Assembly: GCA_043799405.1 (NCBI GenBank)
Contig: JAZDNT010000002.1
Span: 10,716-74,715, forward strand
Reading direction: 5' to 3'
Length of the DNA stretch: 64,000 bases
Origin: Candidatus Kerfeldbacteria bacterium
GTDB lineage: Bacteria; Patescibacteriota; Patescibacteriia; SBBC01
Shown: positions 1-6,790 of the stretch, piece after piece
Position numbering within the stretch: position 1 is the first letter of the stretch
How the letters are laid out: each line of letters starts with the position of its first letter
Notes under the pieces: model-generated
The model's database searches: none
Told to the model about the DNA's origin: nothing
What the model saw: only the letters and a program-made list of their open reading frames with translations
Made by a program: the position numbers and the translations under genes

Positions 1-90
1 GCTATCCCAGAGGAGGACATGAGGTTGTTTGGTTTTTCTGGATTTGAGTCAGTAACTAATAATCCGCGCGGCCCGGAAAGATCCGATTGA
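1..90 (+). CDS. 3' end of an upstream CDS (partial)
   Basis: Frame 1 is open from base 1 (AIPEEDMRLFGFSGFESVTNNPRGPERSD) to TGA at 88-90, 11 nt before the next gene. Confidence 0.4.
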   Translation, partial: AIPEEDMRLFGFSGFESVTNNPRGPERSD

Positions 91-101
91 AGCATTGAGG
101 T

Positions 102-1013
102 ATGAGTAAGCGAAATATCATTATCATCGTGGTCGTGGCAATTGTGGTAATATTCAGTTTCGGATTTTTCTTTTTAACCAAGCTGCACATCAATCCAATA
201 ACTCGAACCATCAATCCCCGGGCATACGGACCGCTCTGCGGAGAAATTGTCGGGACTTGCAACGGCCTGACCGCCATTAATTGTAAGGCAGAAGTTGATG
301 GTCCGTATTATTATGTGAACACCAACACCGGCGCAGTGGTTGCGACGTGCGGCGGGGCGTGTAATCGTGCAGGCGGATGTCAGCCGGGAACGTGTCCGCC
401 GAAAGAATGGACGTGTGGAACGGATACGATCCGCAGCGATGGGAGTGAACAAGCCTGCGGCACAATTATTACCCCAAAACCGAACGTCATCGTTGCCTCT
501 GGCAGCGAGGTCGACGTACAAATCAATTATAAAGAAAATTCTTGGGACGTTGTTGAGCTTTCGAGCGATGAGGGGGGCGTGACAGCCGAAATCGATCCGC
601 AAACAGGAGTTGGAGTTCTTAAGATTCCGGCATCATCCAGCGGACCCATGCGTTTCTCCCTGATCGGCACGAGAGGAGGAGATGCTCTGTGCGAGAATGA
701 GCCAATCGAGCTTATTGTCCGTCCAACCGCGAAGATCACCGAACTTTTCGTTCTGCCAATCAGGATCACTTTGCGTGAAGGTGAAACGAAACAATTGCTC
801 GTAAGCGCGAAATTTGATGATGGGATAGATCGCGATGCCGGATCATCCGCGGTCGGGACGATATACAAGAGCGCAGATACATCTATCGCCACCGTTGATG
901 ACGCTGGCTTGGTCAGAGCACGGCGTCCGGGGATCACGACGATCAATGTCGCGAACGGGTCGATATATAAAAATATAACCACACAAGTCCTTAGCGCACA
1001 ATTAGCAGAATAA
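102..1013 (+). CDS. Membrane-anchored protein with Cys-rich segment and C-terminal Ig-like (Big_2-type) domain
   Basis: N-terminal TM (IIIIVVVAIVVIFSFGFFFL), Cys-rich region, C-terminal YKSADTSIATVDDAGLVRARRPGITTINV typical of Big_2; GAGG SD. Confidence 0.75.
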   Translation: MSKRNIIIIVVVAIVVIFSFGFFFLTKLHINPITRTINPRAYGPLCGEIVGTCNGLTAINCKAEVDGPYYYVNTNTGAVVATCGGACNRAGGCQPGTCPPKEWTCGTDTIRSDGSEQACGTIITPKPNVIVASGSEVDVQINYKENSWDVVELSSDEGGVTAEIDPQTGVGVLKIPASSSGPMRFSLIGTRGGDALCENEPIELIVRPTAKITELFVLPIRITLREGETKQLLVSAKFDDGIDRDAGSSAVGTIYKSADTSIATVDDAGLVRARRPGITTINVANGSIYKNITTQVLSAQLAE

Positions 1014-1061
1014 TCCAGTTATGGTGTTGCGACACGGGTGAAGTTTGAAATTAATATCTTC

Positions 1062-1168
1062 CCTCCCCTTAGAAAGGGGAGGTGTGGGACCTCCCCCGTG
1101 GCTCTCACTGCAGAGCGCTTAGGCGCTCTTTGTTCGAGCTCACTTCCCCTCCTTAGTAAAGGAGGGGA
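1062..1168. repeat. Pair of REP-like palindromes
   Basis: cctcccctt-aga-aaggggagg (1062-1082) and tcccctcctt-agta-aaggagggga (1145-1168). Confidence 0.55.
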
Positions 1169-1178
1169 GCCATGGCGA

Positions 1179-1206
1179 AGAGGGCTCGGTCGGAACCGGG
1201 CCCTCT
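1179..1206 (-). terminator. Hairpin terminator after STAS gene
   Basis: agagggctcgg-tcggaa-ccgggccctct inverted repeat 26 nt past the stop codon. Confidence 0.55.
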
Positions 1207-1232
1207 GGCTTTGTGCGTGGTGCATGTGAACG

Positions 1233-1604
1233 TCACGTCGTCTTGTCGGGTGCGCTGATGGCGGCGACGGCCTCGTTGACCGTCTCGTAGAAGTCGAAGA
1301 CCAGGACGAGCCTCGTGAGCTCGAAGATGTGCTTGATGCGCGCGTCGGCTGCCGCGAACACCATCTTGCCCCCGATCCTGCAGAAGCCGCTGTGCGCCGT
1401 GATGAAGGTGCCGAGACCGGCGCTGTTGATGTGCTTGATCCTCGAACAGTCGATAATGACCTTCGTCGTGCCGCCTCCGACGAGCGACTGGAGTTGGGCA
1501 TTGAGCCTGTCGAGATCTGCCTCGACCTCCTTGCCCTGCATGTCGGTGAGGTAGCCCTCGGGAGCGACCACAACGATGCCGTGGTCCAACACTGTCGTCT
1601 TCAT
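1233..1604 (-). CDS. STAS-domain anti-sigma-factor antagonist (SpoIIAA/RsbV-like)
   Basis: KVIIDCSRIKHINSAGLGTFI (phospho-Ser motif), GGKMVF, IKHIFELTRL, FDFYETVNEAVAA. Confidence 0.9.
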   Translation of the reverse strand: MKTTVLDHGIVVVAPEGYLTDMQGKEVEADLDRLNAQLQSLVGGGTTKVIIDCSRIKHINSAGLGTFITAHSGFCRIGGKMVFAAADARIKHIFELTRLVLVFDFYETVNEAVAAISAPDKTT

Positions 1605-1694
1605 GGTAGTAGAGCCCCCTTTCGGGATTGGGGTCTTTTCGCGTGACGATCATGGAAAGGACTTAGAACGGCAAGCCCTCCTCTTGCTGACCGC

Positions 1695-1723
1695 ATCTTT
1701 CACCCTTCTCTGGCTGTTGTCAA
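1695..1723 (-). promoter_or_regulatory. Sigma70-like promoter for STAS gene
   Basis: TTGACA-17-AAAGAT on minus strand. Confidence 0.55.
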
Positions 1724-1732
1724 TAACGCAAG

Positions 1733-1771
1733 GAGGACCACGATCGTGATGTGTGACCGTGGTCCTCGCGC
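1733..1771. repeat. 39-bp hairpin repeat, copy 1
   Basis: gaggaccacgatcgtgatgtgtgaccgtggtcctcgcgc; 37/39 identical to 2555-2593. Confidence 0.85.
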
Positions 1772-1789
1772 ATACAGGGCAGCCCTCCT

Positions 1790-2422
1790 TCAGCTTCGGG
1801 CCGGCGTTGCCTGATGGGCGCGTTCGAACGCACTCATCCACACCTCGGAGTCGGGGTCGGGGATCCCGCTCGCGAGCACGATGCCGGACGGTCCGGTGCC
1901 GTAGCTCAGGTACTTTGCGAGCTCCATCGTCCGGGCAGCGAGCGTCGCCCACGCCTTCGCGTGGAGCCAGCGGCGGTTCGGGCCGTTGAGCGTGTCTGTC
2001 TCGATCCAGCCGAGCACGCGCGGGAGGTCGTAGAGGTTGGTGACGACCGCGCGGTTGCCGATTGTCGCGCACATGACCATTGCCGCCCGTGCCGCATTCG
2101 CGAATACAGGCAGCCGGTCGCCGAGGTCCTCGCGGCGGACGATGTTCTCCACCGGCCGGAAGTCGACGACCACAAGGTCGATTGCGCGATCGGTCTCGCC
2201 GGGCGGGGAGATGAGGTTAATCTGCGCCTCCTCATTGAGGATGACGTCGTTGTGCCAGAGCTCATGCAGCGGGAGGTCCTGGATGTCAGGAACGCCCGCC
2301 TCGGACAGGAACTTCGAGGTACCCGATGTTGCGCGGACGACCCAGCCCTTCTTGACGAGTGCCCGCGCGAACTCGGCGAGCTCTCCGGTATGCTGATACG
2401 ACGAAAGCAGCGCGATTGGCAT
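1790..2422 (-). CDS. Divergent PurH N-terminal (MGS-like/IMP cyclohydrolase) domain-only protein
   Basis: MPIALLSSYQHTGELAEFARALVKKGWVVRATSGTSKFLSEAGV, IDLVVVDFRP, RRWLHAKAW..LAKYL; start chosen at the ATG after a GGAGG SD. Confidence 0.75.
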   Translation of the reverse strand: MPIALLSSYQHTGELAEFARALVKKGWVVRATSGTSKFLSEAGVPDIQDLPLHELWHNDVILNEEAQINLISPPGETDRAIDLVVVDFRPVENIVRREDLGDRLPVFANAARAAMVMCATIGNRAVVTNLYDLPRVLGWIETDTLNGPNRRWLHAKAWATLAARTMELAKYLSYGTGPSGIVLASGIPDPDSEVWMSAFERAHQATPARS

Positions 2423-2515
2423 GGAGTGTGCCTCCTCTCCTTGGTGGACACGAGTTACGGAATGGCGATTGCGGAACGAGCATGAAAGATTCCAGCCCGT
2501 CCCTGGAACGGCTGC

Positions 2516-2544
2516 ATCTTGGAATACCCGTACAGAAAAGTCAA
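2516..2544 (-). promoter_or_regulatory. Sigma70-like promoter for PurH-N gene
   Basis: TTGACT-17-CAAGAT. Confidence 0.5.
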
Positions 2545-2554
2545 TGGACGCGAA

Positions 2555-2593
2555 GAGGACCACGATCGTGATGCATGACCGTGGTCCTCGCGC
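2555..2593. repeat. 39-bp hairpin repeat, copy 2
   Basis: gaggaccacgatcgtgatgcatgaccgtggtcctcgcgc. Confidence 0.85.
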
Positions 2594-2644
2594 TTGTTGA
2601 GAGCGCTCTTTCCTTACAGAGCGATTGTTGTCGTTGAACTGCGC

Positions 2645-3250
2645 CTACTTCTGCTGGCAAACCTGGAGTGCGCCGGGACCGACCACCGTCTGCGACTCAC
2701 CCGGCTTGAAGGTGTTCGGGGTATCCATCTGGATCCTCAGCAGGTACGTCCCCGGGGGCAGGTTCGAGATGCGGATCGTCCTCGGCAGCGTGCCGTTGAA
2801 GCCGGCAGGGTCGGGAATCCCCGGGTAGCCGGAGTCGTCGGAGATCATCGGGGTCACGTCCAGCTGATTGGCGACGTTGATCAGGAGGCCGACGAGTACT
2901 TGGTTATTTTTGGACTTGCCCTCCGTGTAGCTGACAGTGAACGTGTAGCTGACGTTGTTGACCGGATTCGCCACCGTGAACTGGACGGCATCCACGTGGC
3001 TCTGCGCCTCGTGGATCTTGTCGCCCTTGCCCGGGAGCGAATAGCAGGCCATGGAAGTGTCCTTCGGGCACGTCTTGCAGGTGTCGGGCGGACACGTCGG
3101 GCACGTGTCCGGGGGGCAGGTGTAACAGGTATCGCGGTCTGTCGGGAACGGCGCAGTGGGGCTGTGCTTTCCCCAGCTTCCGCACCCGGCGACGGCGACG
3201 AGCAGTCCGACCGCGAACGCGAGGACTGCGATTCGTGAACGGCTGTTCAT
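2645..3250 (-). CDS. Putative lipoprotein with DTCxTCP repeats
   Basis: MNSRSRIAVLAFAVGLLVAVAGC lipobox, three DTCxTCP(P/K) repeats, GAGGAGG SD. Confidence 0.75.
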   Translation of the reverse strand: MNSRSRIAVLAFAVGLLVAVAGCGSWGKHSPTAPFPTDRDTCYTCPPDTCPTCPPDTCKTCPKDTSMACYSLPGKGDKIHEAQSHVDAVQFTVANPVNNVSYTFTVSYTEGKSKNNQVLVGLLINVANQLDVTPMISDDSGYPGIPDPAGFNGTLPRTIRISNLPPGTYLLRIQMDTPNTFKPGESQTVVGPGALQVCQQK

Positions 3251-3275
3251 GATGGTGCCTCCTCTTGTCCGAAGG

Positions 3276-4313
3276 TCAGAACGAGACGCAGACGCGGCCG
3301 CCGAACGTGACGCCCGGAACGTTCGCGTTGCGTACGTCGTCGTCGAGGTGGAAGATGCCGGCGCCAGCATGGAGCTTGAAGTGGATCGCCCACTTCACTT
3401 GCTTCGGGTCCTTCTTGTCCTTGAAGTTGATTGCGCCGCCGACGCCCGGACCGACGACAAGCCCGATTGCTCGGGACTCATAGTGGTCCGTCGTATCGAG
3501 ACGCCAGCCGCCCTTCGTTTCGATGATGCCGAATAGGCCATCGTCGTCGCCGAACTGCAGGCCGCCGCCTAGAACTGCGTGGTCCGGCCAGTCGAAGATG
3601 CGCCCTTCATAGCCGAACGCTGCGATGGCGCCGATGCGCGTCTTGAGGACCACCTCCAGGCCGATGACCGGCGCACCGTAGCCGCCATGCTCGAGCGCAA
3701 CGTGCTCGTAGCCCACGAACGGCTGGATCCGGTCGAACGCGATGCCCTCGACCTTCTGGATGTCGGTTGTGGTGTCGTGGTACGTAGCCGGGAGCGAAGT
3801 CTCGGTTGCCGGGTACTCGTAGAACACGAGCAGGACCCCGGGGCGGAAGTTGCGGATCGTTCCGTTGTATGGTTCCTCAACCTCGAGGTCAACCGTATCC
3901 GCGAGCATGTCGGCACGCGGCGGACCAAGGAGCGCGTTGTAGAACTCGCTCATGATCGCCGCCGACCGTTTCGGATCATAGTGCCGCGGACTGCTGCAGC
4001 CGATGGGCATGACGCCCTGGCCGCAGAGCACGTCCACGTCGCAGAACGACCGCGCGCTGTCGATCGCCGCAGGCGAAAGACGAACGACGTCGCCGGTGTC
4101 AGGGAAGTCCCCGACGTAGAGAAGCTCCCGGACGGACACGCCCTTGTGCCGCGAGCGCAGCATGCGCATTGCGTCGTATACGACCCACGACGGCAGCTGA
4201 TCGCCGCGAATGATGACCGTCTTCGACGGTGCCTGCGCCTTTGCGAGAGCATCGGTCGACAGCGCGACCGAACCCACGCAGCACATCAGCAGCAACAGCA
4301 TGATTCTCCTCAT
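3276..4313 (-). CDS. Secreted hypothetical protein, C-terminal half resembles an outer-membrane beta-barrel
   Basis: Sec signal peptide (..TDALA), Gly/aromatic alternating strands, terminal GRVCVSF; AAGGAGG SD. Confidence 0.6.
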   Translation of the reverse strand: MRRIMLLLLMCCVGSVALSTDALAKAQAPSKTVIIRGDQLPSWVVYDAMRMLRSRHKGVSVRELLYVGDFPDTGDVVRLSPAAIDSARSFCDVDVLCGQGVMPIGCSSPRHYDPKRSAAIMSEFYNALLGPPRADMLADTVDLEVEEPYNGTIRNFRPGVLLVFYEYPATETSLPATYHDTTTDIQKVEGIAFDRIQPFVGYEHVALEHGGYGAPVIGLEVVLKTRIGAIAAFGYEGRIFDWPDHAVLGGGLQFGDDDGLFGIIETKGGWRLDTTDHYESRAIGLVVGPGVGGAINFKDKKDPKQVKWAIHFKLHAGAGIFHLDDDVRNANVPGVTFGGRVCVSF

Positions 4314-4526
4314 GGAAGCCTCCTTCTTGGGGGGACGTTCTCCGTGGTCAGTGACCTACAGCGGGTTCGGCAACACCTCCTCTCGGACGTGTGGCAAGGG
4401 TACCTGGGTTTAAGTATTCAGAACTTCGTTACACGAAGTAGTGTTTACAACGATCGGGATGTACTGCAACCGAACGCAACGCTCCCTACGAATGTACTCG
4501 TGGATGTTTACGAAGGTTGGTCGATG

Positions 4527-4555
4527 ACTGTAGCGGATTGTTGTGTTTTCGTCAA
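4527..4555 (-). promoter_or_regulatory. Sigma70-like promoter with ~200-nt leader
   Basis: TTGACG-17-TACAGT. Confidence 0.55.
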
Positions 4556-4600
4556 GGTCCCGCACGGCAGTGCGGGAACGTATGAGAAATGTCGGCTTGG

Positions 4601-5182
4601 TTACCTGTTCGTCGAGGGCAGGACTTGAGCCAAAGGAGCTGCAGACGCGATCTCGACCTCGGTAAGCGCATTCAGCCCGTCGATCCACTTCGTCGTATCA
4701 ACTGTAGCCGACGCGGTCAGGGTAAAGTAATTGTTGAGGTCTGCTATCTCTCGGCCGGATTTTTCCGCTTCGGTGCGGAGGTCATCGATCTTCTTTTCCT
4801 GTTCGATTGACGCCGAAGGCGCAAACCACTTTCCTCCGGCCTTCTTGATCGTATTCATGATAGAGGCAGCCTCGTTTGATTGCAGTTCAGTGCCTGTGCG
4901 GCTGATGGGGTATCCGTTCGGACCAATCCTGAGATCGAGGTCGTCCATGAATTTTACGCTTACGGCGTGCGGGTCGTAGCCTGTTGGTATCGTTGCGTGC
5001 GTAGGTTTTTCCGGAATCGTCCTCGGGACGAGTCCGCTGTTCACATTTAAGGTCTTACTGACGTCGGTGTTTTCTCTGACAACGTTCTCGCGGGCGGTCT
5101 GTTGCGCTGTTGCGATAAAGATCAGAACCAAGATAGCAATAGCGATGAGGATGAAGATGAGGATCTCGGTATGTCGTCGCAT
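4601..5182 (-). CDS. Membrane-anchored protein resembling a subtilase (S8) propeptide, no catalytic domain
   Basis: N-terminal TM; VSVKF...DLNNYFTL...IDGLNALTEVEIASAAP pattern at the C-terminus. Confidence 0.55.
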   Translation of the reverse strand: MRRHTEILIFILIAIAILVLIFIATAQQTARENVVRENTDVSKTLNVNSGLVPRTIPEKPTHATIPTGYDPHAVSVKFMDDLDLRIGPNGYPISRTGTELQSNEAASIMNTIKKAGGKWFAPSASIEQEKKIDDLRTEAEKSGREIADLNNYFTLTASATVDTTKWIDGLNALTEVEIASAAPLAQVLPSTNR

Positions 5183-5196
5183 AGTATCCTCCCAAT

Positions 5197-5234
5197 TGGT
5201 GCCGGGGACCCGACTTCGCTCAGGCCTCGTCGGG
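5197..5234 (-). pseudogene. tRNA 3'-end remnant fused to 26-nt hairpin
   Basis: Minus strand: cccgacgaggcctgagcgaagtcggg followed by tccccggcacca. Confidence 0.55.
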
Positions 5235-5264
5235 TAGTAATTGGTTAGGTCAATATTTTCTGAC

Positions 5265-5328
5265 TGGTGCCGAGGAGACCCCGTACCAGTGTTCGCATAC
5301 GCTCACACGGTACGGGACAAGGGATTCG
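5265..5328 (-). pseudogene. tRNA 3' fragment (T-arm/acceptor) interrupted by hairpin
   Basis: Minus strand: cgaatcc-[cttgtcccgtacc...ggtacgggg]-tctcctcggcacca. Confidence 0.6.
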
Positions 5329-5417
5329 TTTTGGAGTGGTGCCGCCGGTTCCCGTCATTCCCTGATGTAATCGGGGACGTGATAGACTCCGTCGAACCAA
5401 CGAAATACTTTTTTGAA

Positions 5418-5502
5418 TGGTGGGCGGGGAGAGATTCGAACTCTCAATCCTTTCGGAACATGCTCCTAAGGCATGCGCGTATTCCAGTTCCGCCACCCGC
5501 CC
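5418..5502 (-). tRNA. tRNA-Leu(TAG)
   Basis: GGGCGGG/CCCGCCC acceptor, catgc-cttagga-gcatg anticodon arm, long variable arm, GTTCGAATC, encoded CCA. Confidence 0.95.
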
Positions 5503-5510
5503 AGATATAT

Positions 5511-5624
5511 AAGTTAGCGCGTACGCCCCGCATATGTCGAGCGCAGCGAGACGTTATGCGGGTATTCCAGCGATAGTCCCGCACCCGAAGTGTAACGAGT
5601 GGTGCGGGATTCCGCCACCTCGGC
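5511..5624 (-). pseudogene. tRNA-Leu 5' half with two hairpin insertions
   Basis: gccgaggtggcggaa-[39 nt]-ctggaata-[41 nt]-cgcgctaactt; matches the D-arm of the adjacent intact tRNA-Leu. Confidence 0.7.
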
Positions 5625-5634
5625 AGGACGTATG

Positions 5635-5663
5635 ATTCTGCACCCATTGTACCCGTCTGTCAA
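5635..5663 (-). promoter_or_regulatory. Promoter of tRNA-Leu locus
   Basis: TTGACA-17-CAGAAT ending 10 nt before the GCCGAGG 5' end. Confidence 0.65.
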
Positions 5664-5695
5664 AGGTTTTGGAAGTTGGTGTAGAATAGGGGTAT

Positions 5696-6376
5696 ATGTT
5701 CCTCGACCGATTGCATGAAGTATCACCGCCCCCCGTCGATCCCCTTGTCCTGCACCGCCGGCACCGCAGAAAGCGGAAGGCAAAGCAGTGGGGCAGCGTT
5801 CTTCTCGTGCTCGGGATCGCCGGCGCATTTGTGTGGTGGTACTTTGGCACTGGTGGAAGCGTCGTTGATTCCGTCAGTATAGAAAATAGCCGTATGACAT
5901 TGCAAGAAAACGAGAACGTCAATTCAGGGGAGACATCCCTGTCGAGCGCTGATACTGATAACGACGGATTTTCCGATGAACTTGAGATGCTCTACGGAAC
6001 CGATCCTGATAAAGCCGATACTGATAGCGATGGTTTCGACGATAGCATGGAGGTTGAGAACGGGTACAACCCCTTGAATCCCGGAAAGGGCATTCGCATG
6101 GTAGACCTCGCCCTTGTTTCTACGCTTGCGAAAGGGGATGCTGATACGACGATCGTAAGTTCCGGGCAGTCGGCCGGCGACTCTGAGCGTTACTACGCTC
6201 TGTTCGACGGAACGTCTATGACGTACTATGCAGCGGACGGAACAGTGAAAGCGCAGTGCCCGCTGAACGAAGAACCGAAGGAGACCTGTTCTACGTTGCC
6301 CAACGAGGTACGCACGGATTTTTCACGCACGTATGAAGGAACGAGTTTCACGGACGAGTACCACGTGCCATTTTAA
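5696..6376 (+). CDS. Membrane-anchored protein with Ca-binding TSP3-like repeats
   Basis: TM segment plus DTDNDGFSDELE..YGTDP..ADTDSDGFDD..EVENGYNP. Confidence 0.8.
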   Translation: MFLDRLHEVSPPPVDPLVLHRRHRRKRKAKQWGSVLLVLGIAGAFVWWYFGTGGSVVDSVSIENSRMTLQENENVNSGETSLSSADTDNDGFSDELEMLYGTDPDKADTDSDGFDDSMEVENGYNPLNPGKGIRMVDLALVSTLAKGDADTTIVSSGQSAGDSERYYALFDGTSMTYYAADGTVKAQCPLNEEPKETCSTLPNEVRTDFSRTYEGTSFTDEYHVPF

Positions 6377-6389
6377 CTACCTTTGGATC

Positions 6390-6689
6390 ATGGCAGAACG
6401 AGAACAGAAAGATTCCTCGGTCGGAGATCAACATAGAGAAGCCACACGAACCGAGCTCGAACAGGAGATCGGGAACACGTCGCTCGAGGATTGTCGCGAT
6501 CGTTTTGCGGCGCTCGCTCTTTCAAGGGAAAGGATTACTGAGGAATGGTCCGCGTTTTTGCAGTCTCCGCTATCAAGGGAAAGGAGCGAGGAGGCTGACG
6601 CGAGGCGTCGGGGGATCATATCCCGGATGGATGCGGTACAAACAACGCACGATCTTCTTGAAAGGAGAATACGCGAACTCCAAGCTTGA
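6390..6689 (+). CDS. Hypothetical helical/coiled-coil protein
   Basis: 99-aa charged ORF 13 nt after the previous stop. Confidence 0.6.
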   Translation: MAEREQKDSSVGDQHREATRTELEQEIGNTSLEDCRDRFAALALSRERITEEWSAFLQSPLSRERSEEADARRRGIISRMDAVQTTHDLLERRIRELQA

Positions 6690-6738
6690 CAGCGCGTATA
6701 TCCATGGTAGGGTTGTTGTAGATATCGGTGGCGCGTAA

Positions 6739-6771
6739 CCCCGCACCACGCACTTTCGTTTGGATGCGGGG
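6739..6771. repeat. CCCGCACC-family hairpin element
   Basis: ccccgcacca...tggatgcgggg; same stem as the inserts in tRNA remnants. Confidence 0.5.
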
Positions 6772-6790
6772 CTAACGGGAGCCACCGAGT

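Noticed and set aside
1733-2593. Integron attC cassettes or CRISPR repeats
   Set aside because: Only two copies 822 bp apart; no attC core motifs, integron integrase or cas genes in the window
3579-4628. Long antisense ORFs (also 14142-15146, 34507-35457, 51182-52156)
   Set aside because: Shadow frames of GC3-rich genes on the opposite strand
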